From contig CAZTXE010000001.1 of the NCBI GenBank assembly GCA_964617305.1, forward strand, positions 1 through 25,197: DNA of 25,197 nt, given 5' to 3'. Source of the DNA: an uncultured Candidatus Saccharibacteria bacterium (lineage in GTDB: Bacteria > Patescibacteriota > WWE3 > UBA101185 > UBA10185). Position 1 is the stretch's first letter. Every line of letters begins with the position of its first letter. A program made the position numbers and the translations under genes. The notes under the pieces are model-generated. The model was given only the letters and a program-made list of their open reading frames with translations, was not told where the DNA came from and searched no databases. Shown here piece after piece: positions 12,001-14,972 of this stretch.

Positions 12001-14818
12001 CAATATAGAAATTCACCGCTCCATCAGGAGCTCTTGTTGCTGACACAAACTGCCACGTATTCAAAGAGATGGAATTGTTTGCAGATGCTACCAACGTAGA
12101 ACCGTCAGATCTAACAACCAATCTTTCATCAAATTCTCTTACCGAAAACCAAAATTTTCCATTGCCAACTATTCTACTTGTATCTGCAACAGGACCTTCT
12201 CCCCATCCACTTGGGTTAATCCATCCCGCTATTGTCACCGCTCCTGTTCCGATCATGTCGCCTCCCGTATCAATCCGTGTATCCGCTCCGTCGAATACCA
12301 TCGCTTGTCCTGAGTCGTATTCTCGGACAGAAACATTATCAATCGTTCCCACGAAGTCAGCGCTTGCCACAACTCCACCGCTCGTTTGCGTAGCAGTGAT
12401 AATCTCTGTGTAGGTTCCGGCCGTTGTCTGCGCTACCGTTCCATCGATCGCGGTGATGCTTCCCGCTGTTACACTATCAATCGTAAAAGTAACGGCATAT
12501 TTTTGCCCACTGGTAATCGTGGTCGCTTCGACGAGATTTGAAACAGCGGTTTGTGTTCCATCACTGATTGCCGTTTCTGATGAGATGCTCCACCCATCTC
12601 CACATGTCCAGTTGACGGCACAGGCTGTGAAAAATATTTCATCTGTGATGACCTGTGTATCAAGTCCTTTGTTTCCATAGTCCGCTGTGAAGACGGCACT
12701 TCCCGTCAATGTTCCGTGGTTTGCATTTCCAGTTCGGTCCGCAATCGCACCGCTCGTTGTTTGAGAATCTTCACTGAGTTTCCAGTGAGAAATCAATCCT
12801 TTGTTGTTGTCAGTTTGCAATCCAGATCCGAGTGCCACCATATCATCTCGACTTCCTCTGAACACATTTTTTGTTCGACTCCCCGAAGAGTTCACCGATT
12901 TAATCCATGTGTTTAGTGGTAATTGAACATATCCCGTTGTTCCTTTCACCATCCGGAGAATCTCCGATCCTCCTGCAATGAGGGAGAGTTGGTCAGCGAC
13001 GTTCCATCCAAGACCTGTATCCGTGTCGCTCTTTGTTGGGAGTATATTTGGATTCGTTGCGGATGGGTCTTCTGCAATGAATGCTGACCGAGAAGAACTC
13101 AGTCCTCCAAAAGTCGTTCCATCCATTACCCAGTTTGAAACCCCTGCAATTGAAATCTTTATTTCATCATCCGAACTTTCATAGAACCCCGTATCTCCAT
13201 CTCCAAATGACAATGTCGGTGTTGCCGCATCATTTTCCAGTGGAAGGTGGAGTTTACTGGTTGGTGTTCCCACTCCGATTCCGATGTTCCCCGCTGCGCC
13301 CACTGTCATCCGTTCCACACCCGTTGTGAAGAAACGCAGTTGATCGTTGTCGGCTCCGGCAGAATCTTCTGCACTCACGTAAGTGTCTCTGTCAACATCA
13401 ATAAGTCCTCCCAATGCCCCCCAAGTACTCACGCTGTATCCTTCAAATTGTGCAATTGTGGAATTGTATCGCATAGTCCCTGTCGTTGGCGTTCCTGGTC
13501 TCTGAGCCGTAGTACCTATCGGAACTGTTATACCATCCGTCGCACTGATGTGGAACGTTGTCGATGGACTTGTTGTTCCGATTCCCACATTTCCATTTCC
13601 TGAAATTCTCATTCGTTCGGCCACTGCCGCTCCGCCAGTCATCGTCTTGAACGTAATCGCTCCCGCTTCTGCAGTATCGGTGACATCAGTTACAATTCCT
13701 TCAATCACTCCCACCACTTCGTTGTTTCCGTCCGCTGTTTCTACTTCGAAATCAATCCCCGTTCCGAGTCCCGCCACTGGTGTACTCGTTGAAGTCCGAG
13801 TCAATCTGAGACCTGACACGGCAGAGGAGGTAAGCGCTCCTGTTTCTTCTGCGTGGAGAAAACGATCGGGAGCCGTTGTCCCAATTCCCACATATCCGGT
13901 ACTCATAATTCGCATCGCTTCGGTCGCTCCCGCGGTGTGGAACCGCATGGATGAATTAATGTGGTCATACCGAATCCGTCCTCGGTTGTCATCCTCTGGA
14001 TCACCGAAGGCAATCTGTCCGTACTTCGTATTTGGTGTGAGAAGAGTGATTCCCGCATTGTCGCTGTTTTCGAGAATCAGTTCATCTGCATTTCCGTCTG
14101 ACAACGTTACGCCAGAACTCGCTGAGTAGATGTGTGTTTTTCCTACAGGAGAAGCGGTTCCAATTCCCACAAGTCCTGTGTCTTTTAGGTACAACGTATT
14201 CACTGGAGTTCCATTTTGAACCACTACAACGTTGTCCCCTCCAAATTGGAGCGCGTCATTGATCACATAATCGTCATTATTGTTCACCCCTGTCGTCCAC
14301 CCCTGAGCATCATTTGTAAATTCATAACCAGCATAAGTATCAGTCCCCGTAGACTGAAGTCGCACATAGTTATTGGCATCATCATAGATATGCAAATTAC
14401 GTGATGGTGTCGTTGTCCCAATACCAACGTCCCCATCTTTCGCGACAAATCCCCTCCAACATTCTCCATTTTCAACATTTGTATCACTGTCGTAATCCAC
14501 AAATTTATACCCCGTCGGACACACGCCTACCGAAGGGTCTGTGGTTTCTCCTACATCCAGAAGTGCCTGCGGGGTTGCTATTCCAACCCCAACTTTGTCG
14601 TCGGTGAGGTCTCCCGTGGTGCCGTTATCATCACGAAAAATATTCCGAAGCATATCGGCAATATCATTGAATTCTGAATATAAAAATCGGTCCCCAGCTG
14701 CTTTTACAGGGACCCCACTGATGTCGTTAATCGTTGCAAACCCTGTCGAGACGTACAGCAACCCCATCCCAAGGATGAGTCCTTTTATAGTTAAAACAAA
14801 GGGGTTTTTGTAGGTCAT
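1..14818 (-). CDS. Giant secreted repetitive fibre/adhesin-like protein (at least 4939 aa, 3' end beyond the left edge), with ~40 GNVGIGTTSP-joined modules, a LamG domain and phage tail-fibre-like motifs
   Basis: ATG at 14818 (plus-strand cat 14816-14818) reads MTYKNPFVLTIKGLILGMGLLYVSTGFATINDISG, a signal-peptide-like N-terminus. I hand-translated several kb without finding a stop. The junction motifs I indexed from 48 to 14571 all start at positions divisible by 3, so they share one frame. The track lists no minus-strand ORF in this frame, as expected if no stop occurs before the edge. Confidence 0.93.
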   Translation of the reverse strand, partial: MTYKNPFVLTIKGLILGMGLLYVSTGFATINDISGVPVKAAGDRFLYSEFNDIADMLRNIFRDDNGTTGDLTDDKVGVGIATPQALLDVGETTDPSVGVCPTGYKFVDYDSDTNVENGECWRGFVAKDGDVGIGTTTPSRNLHIYDDANNYVRLQSTGTDTYAGYEFTNDAQGWTTGVNNNDDYVINDALQFGGDNVVVVQNGTPVNTLYLKDTGLVGIGTASPVGKTHIYSASSGVTLSDGNADELILENSDNAGITLLTPNTKYGQIAFGDPEDDNRGRIRYDHINSSMRFHTAGATEAMRIMSTGYVGIGTTAPDRFLHAEETGALTSSAVSGLRLTRTSTSTPVAGLGTGIDFEVETADGNNEVVGVIEGIVTDVTDTAEAGAITFKTMTGGAAVAERMRISGNGNVGIGTTSPSTTFHISATDGITVPIGTTAQRPGTPTTGTMRYNSTIAQFEGYSVSTWGALGGLIDVDRDTYVSAEDSAGADNDQLRFFTTGVERMTVGAAGNIGIGVGTPTSKLHLPLENDAATPTLSFGDGDTGFYESSDDEIKISIAGVSNWVMDGTTFGGLSSSRSAFIAEDPSATNPNILPTKSDTDTGLGWNVADQLSLIAGGSEILRMVKGTTGYVQLPLNTWIKSVNSSGSRTKNVFRGSRDDMVALGSGLQTDNNKGLISHWKLSEDSQTTSGAIADRTGNANHGTLTGSAVFTADYGNKGLDTQVITDEIFFTACAVNWTCGDGWSISSETAISDGTQTAVSNLVEATTITSGQKYAVTFTIDSVTAGSITAIDGTVAQTTAGTYTEIITATQTSGGVVASADFVGTIDNVSVREYDSGQAMVFDGADTRIDTGGDMIGTGAVTIAGWINPSGWGEGPVADTSRIVGNGKFWFSVREFDERLVVRSDGSTLVASANNSISLNTWQFVSATRAPDGAVNFYIGDTDTAPTLNGSADQASGTPATGTTNVIIGNDSTGALSFDGSISDLRVYNRILSVNEIQDLWAGYHPDIEISTLVAKEDAGQTTLYNQPVSASSTAGTEHSTAISIDSNPILKIIGLADGSGGLSSKKVTVDGLVNIGTGTSTLATGDGDLYVAGNLEVDGDVLLGDDMVLDNVTVTGTLDVQGAMEFTSGDLDMANSKIINIGAAGTDFSATGGLTLADDLAVDSTDLFVDVSAGKVGIGTATPNSTLEVKSAIPMITYNRAGSFSWMAGVGDGTNYVPNSFFGIREGTSGDTTRLVIAHTTGNVGIGTTSPDGTLHAHTATAGTITAHADGDDLIVENSGNAGLSILSPDASTSGIQFGSPSDSVGATLRWNHNSDEMIVGTANDGAHLSFYSGNFSEMMRIDSSGNVGIGTTSPTALLNVSGPPGAPGAVDLSTEELTVVDGDVLGKIEFDAPLESDGTDAILVGAAIEAVAEGTFSASSNATELIFKTGASEAATQKMVITSGGNIGIGTTTPQSILNMNGTIGSLAGGLSFGDGDTGIYEGLDDDIRIDIAGVEQFKIFSGAMGASVSTGGRIVSTAPGATAPAFTFQSDGDTGIGRAGSDLLSLIVGGTEWLRLDSVNSKAYFPTGNVGIGTTSPSNPLHVYHATTNTLGLIESGDANAYLAFKDSNTAGTTEVLLGAETDDMVLWAGQAERMRIDSSGNVGIGTTSPGAKLEVAGEIRLAENSSLKWGTTGTRIIGNTNYMRIQTGAIDRLNIETSGIGINTIAPTAGLHTKGNLSTALTGTVTVSASSNSVEGVGTLFTTELAIGDAIKIGSEVFTVATAPNDLLLTLDSTHTAGAAGATAYKDPNLFAVDNGDGVSKVVVDKKGYTGVGTASPTAKLDVVGDSADVYLRQADNKFSGMLGSDSNGNGIFRIYNDGANVNAQVIQLIGSGDSYINSGGNLGIGTASPSKKLHVVDGAGSEPSYLNNTVAVFQANNNTTTNALITILGGASANSTIEFADASDSNAGSITYSHANDSLALRVNAGDRLFIDSAGKVGIGDTSPTAGLTVGDDTGNANATTVDDVYIKGNLEVDGSVWLGDAVSDNLTVQGDLAVSGDTSYDGNWDMNANIITNIGNAGTDFTATGGLTLADDLTVASDLTVNTDKLFVDVSADKVGIGTATPEKKLHVQGSSGNTYLKVHDTRSNTGDEAGVLFSSASGSVTSKGLIAWKETGASAVGDLYFANNNTVDSSDASYSDVKMIIKSGGNVGIGISSPTAQLHTKGGLTTALTGTVSVTAGEASVTGVGTAFTTELAIGDAIKIGSEVFTVATAPNDLALTIDSNHVAGAAGVTAYKDSNLFAIDNGDAVSKMVMDKRGRVGIGTGSPGAKLEINSTASPQLIVGYDGGSPTQISINSVGDFSIDSDNKLQLTADRNIEINTGSGYGIVLNENQFDVDTKIEWASGTGLFVEGSSGNVGIGTTSPGAKLEVNGTINSQTASNVGDYRIGGTAVLTSADGAGTLLTVNSGGFTNVSITGNVGIGTTSPGGKLHVAGSSIYEGAMYWTSGDGATDDWHVQYASGGLRFTEDGVSDNRFFLKDGGNVGIGTTSPGAILHTYVNANSAFAQFEGNAGKWVFGQAGATYAQVAGLYGSHSGIAVTTDGNVGIGTTSPGAKLDVSGTFRATGIAQFDSRADFDAGMEVGGATDTQQTAKINFVEGGSSRMQFIADHLYQQFLINNSTQLGNQIVFGNTNNQDYDHTAQTNPTLYIQSATAPDTANDEWVSITHDVTNAVFGLGSGAYTFPDGNVGIGTTSPSYKLDVTGTAHVSSYLIVDDVLRAGGNLGAGQIGAIIGSTSRDGLKIKGIASQTSDYISIIDSSNAQVLELQSDGDLIVNTGNVGIGTTGPGSPLHVYSSSVNQATFSGYAPSYGAHAVAGSIVIGGYSGGRGIIQYNPNSDLYIDNTASDDNADIYFRTKSTNTRLTIQGSGNVGINTTSPTAQLHTKGGLTTALTGTVAVTAASTTVTGTTTAFDTELAVGDSIKIGSEIFTISAIASATSLTLDSAHSAGATGATAYTDPNLFELDNGDSVGKFIVDKSGNVGIGTVSPTNTLDVEGGAVIGATYSGTNTAPTNGLLVEGNVGVGTTSPVAGLHVAINGALSQPGIKGDGTWIRTGGDATTTKPYLLIEPSGATSTGWSTAGTGLGVNAPSGFGGNMMDLQLNGSSYFKVSSGGTATAANSFSVVSSNSTFSATGTGILTSGTLNVFTNTRNFQPSSGTGVFNGYTYTGTVNQTGGANGITRGLYINPTLTSAADFRSIETTVGNVILASTSGNVGIGTTSPTAQLHLKGSLTTALTGTVDVTAASTTVTGTTTAFDTELAVGDSIKIGSEIFTISAIASATSLTLDSAHSAGATGATAYTDPNLLAVEDGDGTNQFVIDNSGNTTIAGDLTVSGTSNLGNIEIAADNITTKQVTATGADGLKLYEDGGAGIFVEDSTGNVGIGTASPAQKLHTKGTILGSEGGAFTVNGVAKSNNFFTTVNSPPGIIGIAKGSSIAIPSLSPYGSIGVVGASGVNTGGRLNIGVFGYTKISSILGGNGGNEENAGYFLAELSAAVTDFNGTLIGVKARADSSGGTQTGGNVYASHNVAVGETNNTVTAGYFSATGGTTNYGIYSVAGTNYFAGNVGIGTSSPATKLHVDGGDIQLASTAATDPYTIKAINNALWLYGDGAATQQWILSKNYSHDNAIHMSYTPGTTGAAAGLFKIGQTSKNDTNWTHGITALYTNGTERLRIDSSGNVGIGTTSPLGLLSLNETPGDHSAAPTLAFGDGDTGFYEASDDQLNIAVAGTAPFLFTSTSFEAGSAGRAVIRNEDPTATNPVFMPSNNDIDTGIGANAADQVSIIAGAKEIARASEATTEQFIINPQADLTGTAAAPNLAFGDGNTGFWESVDNNLHFSAAGTDVLTITSTGIGTVTGSKLIRSTPSATTPSVVPNSSDSDTGMGTNSGDQLSLIAGAKEMLRLVETGTATTDQVIIGPAGVIGAVATPSLAFGDGDTGLYESSDDVLSFGIAGTNTFNILAGRVESGTGGNVILDEYATATNPGFAVLSDYDTGMGSSGTDQLSLISGGVEMMRLVEDTTDYIQIPNDAWFAGVDSAGTGVVNMFKVNTNNEIEVGGALNIGTIGLTEDSGAVTMINMPVSSVPAAGTEESYSFSLDSTPVMKIYGEADGTGGVQNTRVGIGTTSPAAKLDVISDIRYNWLNGETDYLRVGANAGLQGLALWENPGTGEVFIGNRYNNDAGDIHFATKVDVDDDNVKMTIQGNGNVGIGTTTPATDLDIVGSDGLRVSSGVGAGAIKIVPYKAGHLYHEIKSDGGNEHIAFSPGNSEAMRIMQGTGRVGIGTTAPAANVHIKGNLTTALTGTVTVTINEAAVTGATTAFDTELAVGDAIKIGSEVFTVSAIGSATSLTLDSNHTAGAAGATAYKDLNLFLVQDGDGTSQFTMDKSGNVTVAGSLTADSLIGPSVTSGTSNNTFEIDTDDTATVPTLTFGANASAAPKITTQVGALTLEPVAGSGVNVNLSTTGDFAVNTNQLYVDTSAGNVGIGTTSPSRMLELKEQASVEGAISFSDTDSTEMGLIGVARATDSLVTGSSNLDMVIGGKYGSSALQLIAGNAIGITLLEGGNVGIGTTSPGEKLEVDGSIKANKFYTTGSGNFLDAYSNNFDMSISAGGKTTMTSYNTQPLEFQSRGYNFLDDYTGTAGPMYIQGNVGIGTTSPLSKLNIYSPNAADSNLLIHTLSGNDAIFDLTEANSEANGAFGDANSGGFRMMLDGGDNNFYLKSGNGATINTRLTVERDTGNVGIGTTEPAEKLTVFNNTNSMITNQFASDQSLAFGGNTTIGPYLVSHTDSSNNSFGNYAAVKQKFGAAGFIVETSPATTIGSARTWTERMRVESTNGNVGINETTPDSLLQITQSASEDMFHLEGSAGEDYVFVDGDGNVGIGTTSPVMKLESLTTTANETP
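1570..1875 (-). repeat. Copy E of the ~95-aa TALTGTV..TELAVGDxIKIGSE..LTLDS.H.AGA.GATAY module (boundaries approximate)
   Basis: Translates as KGNLTTALTGTVTVTINEAAVTGATTAFDTELAVGDAIKIGSEVFTVSAIGSATSLTLDSNHTAGAAGATAYKDLNLF. Confidence 0.85.
4781..5059 (-). repeat. Copy D of the ~95-aa module; DNA duplicate of 5810-6088
   Basis: 4781-4912 is identical to 5810-5941 (132 bp, offset 1029); the remainder differs mainly at third codon positions. Confidence 0.92.
5810..6088 (-). repeat. Copy C of the ~95-aa module; DNA duplicate of 4781-5059
   Basis: 132-bp identity with copy D. It also shares the 20-mer ccttttgtgtggagttgtgc (6036-6055) with copy B (8193-8212). Confidence 0.92.
7915..8245 (-). repeat. 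Copy B of the ~95-aa module (boundaries approximate)
   Basis: Translates as KGGLTTALTGTVSVTAGEASVTGVGTAFTTELAIGDAIKIGSEVFTVATAPNDLALTIDSNHVAGAAGVTAYKDSNLF; DNA closest to copy A (offset 1470). Confidence 0.85.
9380..9700 (-). repeat. Copy A of the ~95-aa module (boundaries approximate)
   Basis: Translates as KGNLSTALTGTVTVSASSNSVEGVGTLFTTELAIGDAIKIGSEVFTVATAPNDLLLTLDSTHTAGAAGATAYKDPNLF. Confidence 0.85.
11811..12799 (-). other. LamG/concanavalin A-like domain within the giant protein, interrupted by a ~115-aa carbohydrate-binding-module-like insert (~12311-12660)
   Basis: N-part GLISHWKLSEDSQTTSGAIADRTGNANHGTLTG; C-part AMVFDGADTRID...VTIAGWINP...NTWQFVSAT...FDGSISDLRVYNRILSVNEIQDLW, the Laminin_G_3 pattern. 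The insert reads ...NWTCGDGWSIS...SGQKYAVTFTIDSVTAGSI...FVGTIDNVSVREY. Confidence 0.85.
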
Positions 14819-14945
14819 ACGGGTACGAATTTGGGGTTCCTTACTAATGCGAATTTTGCCTGAAAAAGCGGATATCTCCAAAGAAAAGACCCTAAAAGTA
14901 TGGATTTTACGTTGCAAAAAAATACATTTGTTTTGAAACACCATT

Positions 14946-14972
14946 CAACCCGGGTTCTAAGAACCCGGGTTG
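14946..14972. repeat. 27-bp REP-like double palindrome directly after the stop of the VIT-vWA-SLH gene
   Basis: caacccgggttc-taa-gaacccgggttg forms a perfect 12-bp stem, and each arm contains the self-palindrome aacccgggtt. No U-tract follows on the minus strand. Confidence 0.8.

Larger units (their letters stand above)
48..14599 (-). repeat. Dispersed in-frame 29-bp junction repeat, consensus GGCAACGTCGGCATCGGGACGACGAGTCC (coding strand), ~40 copies of varying fidelity
   Basis: Plus-strand ggactcgtcgtcccgatgccgacgttgcc is exact at 48, 735 and 1236. One mismatch at 987, 6606, 7596 and 9861; two at 3639, 6333 and 7035; three or four at 465, 3978, 7218, 7410, 10080, 10752 and 11064. Degenerate copies include 2061, 2322, 4533, 5031, 5610, 5730, 6060, 7887, 8217, 8853, 9138, 9357, 10452, 11268, 13263, 13566, 13869, 14148, 14406 and 14571. 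Confidence 0.92.

Noticed and set aside
369-14813. Dozens of 60-190 aa ORFs in the track (plus strand and other minus frames)
   Set aside because: They overlap the giant minus-strand gene. Those with VVP(M/I)PT motifs are antisense readings of GNVGIGTT and all start in the same register.
1-14818. Prophage
   Set aside because: Only fibre-like motifs are present, the protein has a signal peptide, and no capsid, portal, terminase or integrase gene is seen.
14819-14945. Promoter for the giant gene (TTGCAA-17-TAGGGT)
   Set aside because: The -10 match is too weak to call.
14946-14972. Intrinsic terminator call for the hairpin after the SLH gene
   Set aside because: No U-tract follows on the minus strand; it is better described as a REP-like element.
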